This document shows, in pieces, positions 39,208 through 48,444 of a stretch of 64,000 nucleotides of DNA (position 1 is the stretch's first letter; the number at the start of each line of letters is the position of its first letter). The notes beneath the pieces were generated by a model. That model saw nothing but the letters and a program-made list of their open reading frames with translations, was not told the DNA's origin and did no database searches. This DNA is from an uncultured Desulfobacter sp. (GTDB lineage: Bacteria; Desulfobacterota; Desulfobacteria; Desulfobacterales; Desulfobacteraceae): assembly GCA_963665095.1 (NCBI GenBank), contig OY762069.1:1248001-1312000 (forward strand), given 5' to 3'. Both the position numbers and the translations under genes were made by a program.

Positions 39208-40045
39208 TGTCTTGATTCTCCTGTTTAATGGTTGCGGGCATGGGATAGCGCCCGTTTGTTGCTTTATTCAGGGCGGTATGGAATCCGCCCCATGTCTTAT
39301 CTTGACCAATGTAAATTTCAGACGGCAGGCCCCAACGGTTTTTAGCCAAAAACGCGGGTCTTTCTTCCGTGTGGATGAGACGTTCCCCGGTACCTGTGCC
39401 GCGTCTTTTTTCTTGGTTGAATCCCGTTTCCGTTCTTTCAATGACAGTTCGATAGCGACAGAACAAAACCATATCAACCCATTCTTGCCAAAGCGCAAAA
39501 GCCCGCTTATGTAATTTAATCTGGTATCTGTCATATGGTTCTGTGTCTGGGGCGGCAAAGTTTTTTATCTCAGAATGGGCGATTAAAATAATATTCATCT
39601 GCTTAACTTTGAGTAAGTGTTCGAGCCAGTTCATAAGGTTTAGCCATGGCGCATCAGCTTCAATATATCCCTTTCCATATCCAAAACTTTCAATACTGTC
39701 TTGACCCTTTGCGGCACAAGTCTGGGAATGTATCAGGGGCTCAGTCCAATCCAGGGAATCAATAACCAGGCTTTTATACTGGTGCGATTCACTGAGAAGC
39801 CACTGAACCATATTGATAATGGTATTGTATCCTGACCCGCGGGCAAGGCGGCCTTCGTCATCATAGCTATCCTTTACAACCATTGGGAATGTATCAATAT
39901 CCACATTGCTGGCCCCGTCTTCCGTCCTCAAAAGAATAGCCCCTTCAAAGGTGGCTCCAAAAGTTGTCTTTCCCAGGCCGTGGGTGCCGTACAATAAAAT
40001 CCTTTGCGGCTGCCATTCGGCGTTAGCTTTAACAGGTTGAAACAT
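39200..40045 (-). CDS. Sak4-like AAA_24 ATPase/recombinase
   Basis: YGTHGLGKTT, VIDSLDW, GYGKGY, AKNR. Confidence 0.88.
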   Translation of the reverse strand: MFQPVKANAEWQPQRILLYGTHGLGKTTFGATFEGAILLRTEDGASNVDIDTFPMVVKDSYDDEGRLARGSGYNTIINMVQWLLSESHQYKSLVIDSLDWTEPLIHSQTCAAKGQDSIESFGYGKGYIEADAPWLNLMNWLEHLLKVKQMNIILIAHSEIKNFAAPDTEPYDRYQIKLHKRAFALWQEWVDMVLFCRYRTVIERTETGFNQEKRRGTGTGERLIHTEERPAFLAKNRWGLPSEIYIGQDKTWGGFHTALNKATNGRYPMPATIKQENQDNV

Positions 40046-40176
40046 TTCAATCTCCTTGATACTTTTAAATTACAATTAACTTCACGGTATCGTTTACGAT
40101 TTGGTAAAAACAAAGACAAACAAAAAGGGCGGCGCGGCAGGCCGGCCCCATATTCAAAAAAATAAATTGGGCTTTT

Positions 40177-40587
40177 CTATTCTTCCTCTTTTTCTTTTTG
40201 CGCCTTGGCCTTCCTAACGATGCCCATAAGCGCGTCATATGGGTCAATACCCAAGCTTTCTAACTCATGCCATACTTTCCGGGCTTTAGGATTTTTATAA
40301 AATTGCATATCAAGGATATGTGCCTTGCCTGCATCAGACATTTCAACATTTTTAACAATATCTTCCGCCATGATAATCCCTTCTCCTATCAATATGGCCA
40401 AGTGTTTTTCAGTCACAGGGCGGCCATATTTCTCGAAATTTTTAAGTTCAGTGAAGCGGGTTTGAACAATGCCAGTTTTTTCTGATAATTCTTTGTCGAG
40501 CCAACCGTCATCATTTAACCGTTCAAGTTTTTTACCAAGATATACTGTGATATCTTCATACAATTTTTTTTTGTCAATTTTCCGCAT
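40177..40587 (-). CDS. XRE-type repressor of prophage 2
   Basis: KELSEKTGIVQTRFTELKN HTH; divergent from the rightward lytic arm. Confidence 0.6.
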   Translation of the reverse strand: MRKIDKKKLYEDITVYLGKKLERLNDDGWLDKELSEKTGIVQTRFTELKNFEKYGRPVTEKHLAILIGEGIIMAEDIVKNVEMSDAGKAHILDMQFYKNPKARKVWHELESLGIDPYDALMGIVRKAKAQKEKEEE

Positions 40588-40682
40588 TTTGAATACCCTT
40601 TCAAGTTTATTTCTTTTATTTTTTTGCTTGTCTTTTTTCACACAGTTTCCTTTTAGCACGTGGATTTTTTTAATGTCAAGAT

Positions 40683-40763
40683 AATTTACCAAATAATTTA
40701 CATTTTAATTTACCAAATAATTTACCAAACGGTATTGACATTTACCAAATTGTAAACTATACG
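40683..40763 (+). promoter_or_regulatory. Divergent control region with TTTACCAAA repeats and an operator in the promoter spacer
   Basis: Four TTTACCAAA copies; TTGACA(40735)-17bp containing TTTAC-N6-GTAAA. Confidence 0.65.
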
Positions 40764-40800
40764 GTGAAATATCGGGAAAAACCAAGTAGGGAAACGTCAA

Positions 40801-41163
40801 ATGAATGATTTAGAAATCAAGGAAAATATGTATCTTGGGGCTTTATGTCGCCGTGGCCATGATTATCAGGGCACAGGTTGTTCAGTAAGATACAAAAACA
40901 AGGGGGCATTAAAGGGCGGCATCTGTATTCTCTGCAATCGTGAAAATAAACGGAAGAATGCAAAGGCGAAAGGCGGGGCCGGGAAACGGCGCGGTAAAAA
41001 TACCCGAATATCCGCAATCTGCCCCATGTGTAGAGCTATACACATGGTTTATATGGCAAGTGGTTGGGCAGGTAACGGTATCCCCAGAAAATACTGCCCG
41101 AATTGCAACGGACAAAGAAAGAGATTGATAGAGGGGGAAATCAATTATGGCTATACAAATTGA
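40801..41163 (+). CDS. Cys-rich zinc-binding protein
   Basis: LCRRGH, CILC, CPMC, CPNC. Confidence 0.6.
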   Translation: MNDLEIKENMYLGALCRRGHDYQGTGCSVRYKNKGALKGGICILCNRENKRKNAKAKGGAGKRRGKNTRISAICPMCRAIHMVYMASGWAGNGIPRKYCPNCNGQRKRLIEGEINYGYTN

Positions 41164-41380
41164 GAAAGGCATTACCCGGATTTTCCTTTTAGCTGCTCTT
41201 TTTTTCTGGCCGTTTGGGTCGGTATACTATAAGTCGAGCATAACCGGACCGCTGCCCGTCTGGCCCTGGAAACAGAAAAGGTAAACGCTTTATATGTCAC
41301 CTTGAAACATTCAACTTTTGAGGTTTCCATAATCCCCACCAAGGCCCCAAAAGCATTAAAACCAAAAGAATGGAAATAAT

Positions 41381-42118
41381 ATGTTTAATCTTAATTCTGA
41401 AACAGATGTTTCCGCCCCCATAAATTACCTGATTGATTCAGCCCTTGAACTTGAGGAAGCTTTTTCAACGAAACGAAATTACCTGGGCGGCAGCCGGTTG
41501 GGCGTCCACTGTGAACGGGCTTTGCAATACGAGTTCACACACTACCCAGTAGACCCGGACAAGAGATTTCAGGGGCGTATTTTACGGGTGTTTTCAAGGG
41601 GCCATTGGGTTGAAGGTCTTATTATTGATTGCCTGAAAAAAGCTGGTTTTGGCATTATTACGGAATCGCGGGACGGCGGGCAATTCGGGTTTGTTTCCCA
41701 TGATGGCTATGTAAAAGGTCATTGTGACGGAATAATTTTGACCGGCCCGGAGCATTTAGGCCCATGGCCACGCTTGTGGGAATGTAAAGGCCTTGGCGCA
41801 AAATATTGGCGCGCCCTTGTTAAGCACAGGCTTAAAAAAGATAAACCAATTTATTACGCCCAGGTTCAGTTCTATATGGGGAAATTCGGCTTATCCGATA
41901 ATCCGGCAATTTTCTGCGCGGTGAACATGGATACAATGGAATTATATTGGGAAAGCGTGCCTTTTGACCCCGTTTTTTTTGATTCCTTGGAAAAAAAAGC
42001 TTGGCGGATTATTGATGCCTGCAGGGCTGAAAGCTTACTTCCCAGAGATAGCCAGGACCGAAATTTTTATAAATGTAAACTATGTTCATGGCGGATTGCT
42101 TGCCATGGGCCGGAATAA
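41381..42118 (+). CDS. PD-(D/E)XK (Cas4-like) exonuclease
   Basis: YLGGSRLG..CER, GHCDG, WECK, YYAQVQ.Y, C..C.W...C. Confidence 0.85.
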   Translation: MFNLNSETDVSAPINYLIDSALELEEAFSTKRNYLGGSRLGVHCERALQYEFTHYPVDPDKRFQGRILRVFSRGHWVEGLIIDCLKKAGFGIITESRDGGQFGFVSHDGYVKGHCDGIILTGPEHLGPWPRLWECKGLGAKYWRALVKHRLKKDKPIYYAQVQFYMGKFGLSDNPAIFCAVNMDTMELYWESVPFDPVFFDSLEKKAWRIIDACRAESLLPRDSQDRNFYKCKLCSWRIACHGPE

Positions 42119-42265
42119 ACTCGTTTAATGATAGGGGGGTGGAAAGAAGTATGAATAAGAATAAAAAAGCAATTTCATTCGTTAAAAGCCTGTCTATGGA
42201 ATATACCGGATAATCCTTTATGAGACTAAGCCGGAAACAACACGGATTTTAATATATTAAATGTA

Positions 42266-43048
42266 ATGAAATCACATTCAAAAATAAACGAATTGAGCCT
42301 TTTTTCAGGTGCCGGTGGGGGTCTCCTGGCGTCAAAATATATGCTTAATTGGAGGACTGTTGGATATGTCGAACAGAACAGCTATTGCCAGCACGTTATC
42401 AGACAGAGAATCCTTGACGGTCACCTCGATGATGCCCCTATCTATGGCGATATCAGAACATTCATTGATTCAGGATGTGCCGGGCTTTATCGAGGAATTA
42501 CGGACGTCATATCAGCCGGTTTCCCATGCCAGCCATTTAGCAGAGCAGGAAAAAAACAATGCGAAAAAGATGCCAGGAATAAATGGCCGGAAACGTCAAA
42601 ATGCATCGAGATTATTCGACCCCAAGCAATCCAACTGGAGAACGTCGCAGGGCTTGTTACCAATGGGTATATCAACACAGTGTTTAGTGACCTGGCCAGT
42701 CTCAGGTATGACTTTAGGTATGATGTTTTACCCGCTGCCGCCTATGGTGCCGACCATTTACGGAAAAGATTGTGGGTTATTGCCTACGCCAGTGGCATCG
42801 GACTGGAAACGGCAGGGCGTTACTTTAGAAACGGCTCAAAGGTACGTTGCAAATGGCCGGGGCGCGCCTCTCCCCCTAAAATTGACGTTATTGACAGGGT
42901 CAACAGGCATACCGAACCCCCGTTTTTACGAAAGTATGATGGGGTGGCCTCTTGGGTGGACAGAATTAAAGCCATTGGAAATGGTCAGCATTCAGGAGTG
43001 GCAGCGGGTGTATGGACTGATTTAACGGAATCAATTTATACCGGATAA
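42266..43048 (+). CDS. DNA (cytosine-5) methyltransferase, alpha chain
   Basis: LFSGAGG (I), GFPCQPFS (IV), ENV (VI), HLRKR (VIII), KAIGNG (X). Confidence 0.9.
   Translation: MKSHSKINELSLFSGAGGGLLASKYMLNWRTVGYVEQNSYCQHVIRQRILDGHLDDAPIYGDIRTFIDSGCAGLYRGITDVISAGFPCQPFSRAGKKQCEKDARNKWPETSKCIEIIRPQAIQLENVAGLVTNGYINTVFSDLASLRYDFRYDVLPAAAYGADHLRKRLWVIAYASGIGLETAGRYFRNGSKVRCKWPGRASPPKIDVIDRVNRHTEPPFLRKYDGVASWVDRIKAIGNGQHSGVAAGVWTDLTESIYTG
42309..43025 (+). CDS. Overlapping +1-frame ORF, putative beta chain carrying motif IX (true start uncertain)
   Basis: 238 stop-free codons; LPTPVASDWK and NPRFYESMMGWPLGWT. Confidence 0.65.
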   Translation: MPVGVSWRQNICLIGGLLDMSNRTAIASTLSDRESLTVTSMMPLSMAISEHSLIQDVPGFIEELRTSYQPVSHASHLAEQEKNNAKKMPGINGRKRQNASRLFDPKQSNWRTSQGLLPMGISTQCLVTWPVSGMTLGMMFYPLPPMVPTIYGKDCGLLPTPVASDWKRQGVTLETAQRYVANGRGAPLPLKLTLLTGSTGIPNPRFYESMMGWPLGWTELKPLEMVSIQEWQRVYGLI

Positions 43049-43091
43049 TCCTTTATGAGACTAAGCCGGAAACAACACGGATTTTAATATA

Positions 43092-43310
43092 TTATCTTGA
43101 TTTTTCATCGAAAAATATAAGGTATTTGTCAAGCATGTTAACAGACTGCAACCATATCAACGTCATGAGTAGCCGGGAGGGGGCGGCGGTTATGCCCTGT
43201 TCGCCCCTTTCCCATTTGAGCCATAAACCACGACTTACGCCCATGGCTTTTGCTATTTCTGTTTGCGACAGGCCCAGGGTTAACCGGGCCTGTTTTGGAT
43301 CCATTGACAT
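43092..43310 (-). CDS. XRE HTH protein (antitoxin-like)
   Basis: ARLTLGLSQTEIAKAMGVSR...WERG. Confidence 0.8.
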   Translation of the reverse strand: MSMDPKQARLTLGLSQTEIAKAMGVSRGLWLKWERGEQGITAAPSRLLMTLIWLQSVNMLDKYLIFFDEKSR

Positions 43311-43923
43311 TTCTTGTATCCTATTTTTTAACTTTTCTTTTTCGGCCGCCTTTAATTTGAGGTCTCATTTTATACCCACATTCGCTTACTCTAATCAACC
43401 CCCCTTCACCCATTGTGGTAAGCTTGCCAATCAAAGACATGATAGCCTGATTTTCAGCCTTAACCGTGGATGTCCCATCGTGATGGTGAGCAAGATAAGG
43501 GTAGCGGTGCATTGTTGTTGGGTACAAGTCAGGACAATTGTCTTTTGCCTCTTCTCTCATTGCATCTTCAATTACATCAGGATTGACTTTAAATTTCGCA
43601 CTCAACATGATTGTGATCCTTTCCGGCAGTTTAGCGACTTGCCGAGGTCGAGTGATTATAAAATTTTTTCGGCTATATCCAAGGCGTTTTCGGTAAGAAA
43701 CCAGTCTTTTCCATCTTTGCCAATTAAATTTTTTACTTCCATGCTTGAAAAAAGACCTCTTGCCTTGCCGCCTTAATGATTTTAATTTAGTCCCTATTAG
43801 GGACAATGTAAATAAAAAAGTTAATGAGATGTGTTTTTTTTACTATTGGCCAAAGGGAAGCAGTGCTTTTTTGTCCATTGATTTACCAAACTGGAAACTA
43901 AACAGAAAACAAAAAGATAAACC

Positions 43924-46032
43924 ATGCTGTTAAATCTAAATAATGAAGCCCGCCAACGTGAAGACAGACCGGGTACCGCCCCAGAAATTCAAGCAGACCC
44001 AGTGGAAAGTTTTCTGTCCCGCCTGGCTGAATTTGACTTATATCCGCCTGATATAAGACAGGATGGCAAGTTACACCGGTTTGCCGTTGGTGAATCCCGT
44101 AATCAGGCCGGGTGGTATGTCTTTTACCCTGGGGATGTTGCCGCCGGAGCCTTTGGAAATTGGCGAGAAAGTTTAACTGAAAAATGGTGTAGCGTTGATC
44201 CGCGAACGATGACATATGAACAGCGGGCTGAACGCGACCAAAAAATAAAGCTTGCCCAGGAGGCGGAACGGAAAGAACAGGAAAAGAACGAAACCGCCGC
44301 CCAAAAAAGGGCAAACGCGGTTTTAAATGCAGCCGCGCCGGTTATCGGCCAGGGGCATGAATATTTAAAGGCTAAGGGGGTTGATGCCCACGGCATATAT
44401 CTTTCCGCCCGTGGTGACTTGCTTGTCCCTATGGTGGATAAGAACCGCTGTCTTTGGAATGTGGAAGTAATCAAGGCCGGCGGCGGGCCTAAAAAGGGTT
44501 TGTTTGGCGGCCGGCGTAAGGGGGTATTCTTCACAATCCCCGGCCAACCTGGGAATAATAACCTTTTCATATGTGAAGGATATAGCACCGGGGCAACCAT
44601 TTATGAAAAGACCGCTGCAACGGTTATTTGCTCGTTCAATGCCGGTAACCTGCCTCACATTGCCCAGGATATTAAAGAGCTCTACCCAGCACATAATATC
44701 ACCATTGCGGCGGACAATGACCAATTCAGCAACGGGAAAAACGTGGGGATAGTTAAGGCTCAGGAAGCGGCAAGGGCTATTAGTGCCGGATTGACTTATC
44801 CTGCCTTCACTTTGGATCAAATAAGCACATGGCGGCGTTTAAATAATAATCAGGAAAAAGGCCCAACGGATTTCAACGATTTGGCGGCCTTAGATCCTGC
44901 AGCGGTGGTTGTTCAATTGGGGGAACGGGATAAAAAGGCCCCTGCCCTGCCGCCCCTTACCCCTGCCAATACCTCAATGATTAACTGGTTGCCTGCCAGG
45001 CCCCCCAATCGTGATTTTGTCTTTAATCTTTTCGGCAAACCAATGATGCCTAAGGGCGCGGTTGGTGTGCTGTCTGCCACGGGGGGGACGGGGAAAACAT
45101 TTTTCCTATTGGCCCTGGCTGCCATGGCCGCAAAGGGCGGTACCTTTGGTCCGATTTCTGCCGTGTGTCCTCTAAAGGTCTTGGTGATATGTGGGGAAGA
45201 TGATCAAGACGAAATAGGCCGGCGTATATGGGATATTACCGGCGGGAATATCCCGCCAAATTTGCATGCTGCCAGTGTTTATGGTGAGGTCGGCCCATTA
45301 ATGCGGCTTGAAAAGGGGGTTCCTGAAAGGGCGGCTGGGTTTTATTGGCTGGAAGAAACCTTGAAGAACCACCCAGGTATTGACCTTTTAATAATTGACC
45401 CGAAAAGCCGGTTTTATGGCCTGGACGAAAACAGCAACGATCATGCCACGGAATGGATAAGGTGCCTTGAATATTTATGTAAAGAATATGTTCCCAATAT
45501 TCTTTTTGCCGCTCATACGAGTCAGGGCGAAATGGGCCGAATTTCCCAAAAAATGAACAGGGGGGCCACGGCCATTATTGACGGATGCCGATGGCAGGCC
45601 GGCTTAGCCCAGATGGATCCAGACACGGCAGATAAATACCACATAGATAGCCCGCGGGACTACATAGCCTTTGACGTGCCGAAATCCAACTATTCCGCCC
45701 GACAACAAAACGCTATTTATTTTAAAAGGACCGATACCGGGGCCCTGGAGTATGTTGAACTCAAAATACCACAAAGCACCCAGGATGAAATAAACACCTT
45801 TCTTACCTTATTAAAAAATTCACATGAACAATTTACAGATAGAGATTTAAAAAAAGAGAAAATCGGAAAATCTTTCTTTAATTCCATGAAAGAAAATCAT
45901 CCAGATTTTAAGCGTGAGGATGGATTCAACCAATTGATAAATACCTGCCTTGGAACAGGTGTCATAAGACGAATTTGGATCGGCACAGGATCTGGAAGAA
46001 AAAACATACTTGAGGTTGTAGACAATGGGTGA
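43924..46032 (+). CDS. Primase-helicase (TOPRIM plus RepA-like AAA_25)
   Basis: CEGYSTG, AADND, TDFNDL; ATGGTGKT; IIDP. Confidence 0.9.
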   Translation: MLLNLNNEARQREDRPGTAPEIQADPVESFLSRLAEFDLYPPDIRQDGKLHRFAVGESRNQAGWYVFYPGDVAAGAFGNWRESLTEKWCSVDPRTMTYEQRAERDQKIKLAQEAERKEQEKNETAAQKRANAVLNAAAPVIGQGHEYLKAKGVDAHGIYLSARGDLLVPMVDKNRCLWNVEVIKAGGGPKKGLFGGRRKGVFFTIPGQPGNNNLFICEGYSTGATIYEKTAATVICSFNAGNLPHIAQDIKELYPAHNITIAADNDQFSNGKNVGIVKAQEAARAISAGLTYPAFTLDQISTWRRLNNNQEKGPTDFNDLAALDPAAVVVQLGERDKKAPALPPLTPANTSMINWLPARPPNRDFVFNLFGKPMMPKGAVGVLSATGGTGKTFFLLALAAMAAKGGTFGPISAVCPLKVLVICGEDDQDEIGRRIWDITGGNIPPNLHAASVYGEVGPLMRLEKGVPERAAGFYWLEETLKNHPGIDLLIIDPKSRFYGLDENSNDHATEWIRCLEYLCKEYVPNILFAAHTSQGEMGRISQKMNRGATAIIDGCRWQAGLAQMDPDTADKYHIDSPRDYIAFDVPKSNYSARQQNAIYFKRTDTGALEYVELKIPQSTQDEINTFLTLLKNSHEQFTDRDLKKEKIGKSFFNSMKENHPDFKREDGFNQLINTCLGTGVIRRIWIGTGSGRKNILEVVDNG

Positions 46033-46036
46033 TTCT

Positions 46037-46267
46037 TTGCGGAATTTTTACCTTTGCGGGGCTTCCGGAAGTTGCGGAATTTTATTGAATTCCGCAAAGA
46101 AACTTATTGAATTTATTAAAAATAATCGACAAATTCTTTGCGGAATTTGACCCTTGCGGATTTTAAAAATTCCGCAATGTAAGTTATTGAAATTATTACT
46201 TATGGATTGCGGAGCTTGCGGATTCCCCCTAAAGGGGGGAACAAGTAGCGGGCTTTAAAGCCCCGCT
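46037..46267. repeat. Iteron array and hairpins, probable origin of prophage 2
   Basis: Nine TTGCGG(A/G) copies in both orientations in AT-rich DNA, followed by two GC hairpins. Confidence 0.75.
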
Positions 46268-46318
46268 TATTGTCCCCATAGATTGAGTTTAAAAAACAAA
46301 AGAAAGGAGTGTTTGATT

Positions 46319-46717
46319 ATGGCAAAAACAAAAAATAATTCTCCCTTGGAAGAGTGGGAACAGGAACAGGTTTTTAAGTGGATATTATCAAACCAAATCA
46401 GGGAGCCAAAACTACAACTTGCCTATGGAACCCTAAACGGCGTTCGGTTGGCCCCCAGGCTTCGGTCAAAGATGAAAGCGCAGGGGAACAGGAAGGGCGT
46501 TCATGATATCGTGTTGCCGGCAAAAAGCCATTGCGGTAGATATCCTGGTCTTTATCTGGAATTGAAACGGCTCAAGGGCGGCCGGGTATCTGAGGACCAA
46601 AAAAGATATCACCAGCTGATAAAAGAACAGGGATATAAAAGCGTTGTTTGCAGGGGGCACTTTGAGGCGATACAAAAAATTGACGCTTATCTGGGCGGAA
46701 ATTTGCCCATTTTTTAG
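46319..46717 (+). CDS. VRR-NUC nuclease
   Basis: E..EQ, G.RKGV.DI, LYLELK, S..QK. Confidence 0.85.
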   Translation: MAKTKNNSPLEEWEQEQVFKWILSNQIREPKLQLAYGTLNGVRLAPRLRSKMKAQGNRKGVHDIVLPAKSHCGRYPGLYLELKRLKGGRVSEDQKRYHQLIKEQGYKSVVCRGHFEAIQKIDAYLGGNLPIF

Positions 46718-46774
46718 CGTTTATTATTTACCAGATTGTAAACTATACGGTAACCAACAAAAGGAGCTAAGAAC

Positions 46775-47500
46775 ATGAAAATCGTTAATCAGGGGCATAG
46801 AATTTTGAGCGTACCTAATAGTCTTGGATTGATCGAGCGTGCAGGGCGAACCTGCTACAAGTCGGAAAAGCATATGGGGTGCCTTGTGAACGGGAATTCA
46901 GATGGAGATTTGAACCCCACGGATATTGAAATTTGTGCATGGTATGACATTCACGGTGGTAGTGATTGCGGCATGGAAAGTTGTGAACACCATTCAAGTC
47001 AGGAGTTCGCCCGGAGGCTCATTAGAAGGGGGCATAATGCTATGCTCGAATTTGGGGATGTCGTAGTAAAATTTACAACCAATCGGGGTATCTCCCATGA
47101 ATTGGTTAGGCACCGCCTTTCAAGCTTCGCCCAGGAATCCACCCGATATGTCAAATACAGTGGTGAAATTGAATTTATTAGGCCCGAATGGATGAGCGAA
47201 GAATATACACGTGCTAAAGGGGCCTGGTTGTCTGCTATGGAAAAAATTGAAAGTGAATATTTATTTCTGCTGAAACATGGCCTTAAGCCTCAAGATGCGC
47301 GGGGCATCCTGCCCAATGATCTTAAAACTGAAATTGTTATGAAAGCGAATTTTAGAGAATGGCGGCATATTTTCAGTCTTAGGTGTGACAAGGCGGCCCA
47401 TCCTCAAATGGTGGCCCTGATGCGTCCTCTTTTGGCGGATCTTGCGGACCGGGTACCGGTTGTTTTTGAAGATTTGGCAGAAAGGTTTTTAACCTTATGA
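46775..47500 (+). CDS. thyX: FAD-dependent thymidylate synthase
   Basis: ELVRHRLSSFAQESTRY; AR.ILPN; NFREWRHIF.LR. Confidence 0.93.
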   Translation: MKIVNQGHRILSVPNSLGLIERAGRTCYKSEKHMGCLVNGNSDGDLNPTDIEICAWYDIHGGSDCGMESCEHHSSQEFARRLIRRGHNAMLEFGDVVVKFTTNRGISHELVRHRLSSFAQESTRYVKYSGEIEFIRPEWMSEEYTRAKGAWLSAMEKIESEYLFLLKHGLKPQDARGILPNDLKTEIVMKANFREWRHIFSLRCDKAAHPQMVALMRPLLADLADRVPVVFEDLAERFLTL

Positions 47501-47913
47501 AGACGGCTCCTAAAAATAACCAGATAGAGGGGAAGCCGCACCCGTCTTTGATTCCTATGGATATTTTAATGAATCATTTATGCCCTGCATATGATGAGGG
47601 ATTAAAAAAATATTATCGTGAATCTTGGCGGCTTGGGTTTCCCGTTTCCGTTTCATTCGATGCTATGCAACGGCATGCCATACATTTTTTTTATTTTGGT
47701 GAAGATATTGACCCTGATTCCACAACAATGAAACATCATTTATCAGGTGTAATTTTCAATGCTATTTGCATATTGAACACCCTTGAACAAAGGCCTGATT
47801 TAGATGACAGGCCAGCGAAAGGAAAGAAAAAATGTTTAAATTCTCAAAGCGGTCAAAACAGAATATGGAAGGCATTGATTCACGCCTGCAGGAAATTGCT
47901 GAAAAAGCAATAA
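47497..47913 (+). CDS. dATP/dGTP diphosphohydrolase-like (DUF5664)
   Basis: G..KY..ESWR.G, AMQRH, GEDIDPDS...HHL, DDRP. Confidence 0.75.
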   Translation: MKTAPKNNQIEGKPHPSLIPMDILMNHLCPAYDEGLKKYYRESWRLGFPVSVSFDAMQRHAIHFFYFGEDIDPDSTTMKHHLSGVIFNAICILNTLEQRPDLDDRPAKGKKKCLNSQSGQNRIWKALIHACRKLLKKQ

Positions 47914-48215
47914 AAATAAGCCGGGTTGATTTCGGCATTCCAGGGGATGGCGGGCTAAGAACGGACAGGCAGCAATATAATTTATTTCTTGATGGCAAAT
48001 CAATGTGTGATGGATGTTTCAAAATTAGCAAGCACCAGAACGGCAAGGCTCTTGATTTTTATGCATATGTTGATGGTAAGGCTTCATGGAATGAATTTGA
48101 CTTAACCATGGTTGCCGCCGCTCTTTTATGCGCCGCCTGTATCCTTGGTTATAAAATTACCTGGGGTGGATTTTGGACGTTTAAAGACCTACCACATATA
48201 GAACTCATAGAATAA
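47832..48215 (+). CDS. M15-family endolysin (L-Ala-D-Glu peptidase)
   Basis: GLRT..QQ, SKHQ.G.A.D, WGG.W.F.D.PHIEL. Confidence 0.88.
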   Translation: MFKFSKRSKQNMEGIDSRLQEIAEKAIKISRVDFGIPGDGGLRTDRQQYNLFLDGKSMCDGCFKISKHQNGKALDFYAYVDGKASWNEFDLTMVAAALLCAACILGYKITWGGFWTFKDLPHIELIE

Positions 48216-48363
48216 AAAAAACAATATGTAGTTGAATAATCCACAAATAAAAAATATAAGGGATTCATGATTAGCGTTTACCAAAAAATAAACGATTGGG
48301 TAAAAGGCGGTGTTCATGTAATCTCCTTGGTGTGTCTGGTGAGGCCTGCCGGAATAATCCGGC

Positions 48364-48404
48364 GGGTCCTTCCCAGGCTTTTCTTTTTGGGTCGGCGGAA
48401 CCCC
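48364..48404 (+). other. Putative cos region (cosQ-like heptamer plus GC-rich cosN-like dyad)
   Basis: GGGTCCT at 48364-48370, then GGGT-CGGCGGA-ACCC, just upstream of a Nu1-like gene. Confidence 0.5.
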
Positions 48405-48444
48405 GATCTTTCACTTCATACCAGCTTTTTAGGGCTTCCCTACA

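Larger units (their letters stand above)
42202..43094. repeat. 58-bp perfect direct repeats flanking the C5 methyltransferase
   Basis: Identical TATACCGGATAATCC...TTTTAATATATTA at 42202-42259 and 43037-43094. Confidence 0.92.

Noticed and set aside
41381..42118. Cas4-like nuclease as evidence of CRISPR-Cas
   Set aside because: No repeat-spacer array or other cas genes; this is a common stand-alone phage exonuclease.
47497..47913. Z-genome or deazaguanine DNA-modification pathway
   Set aside because: No purZ, datZ, dpdA or que genes visible in the window.
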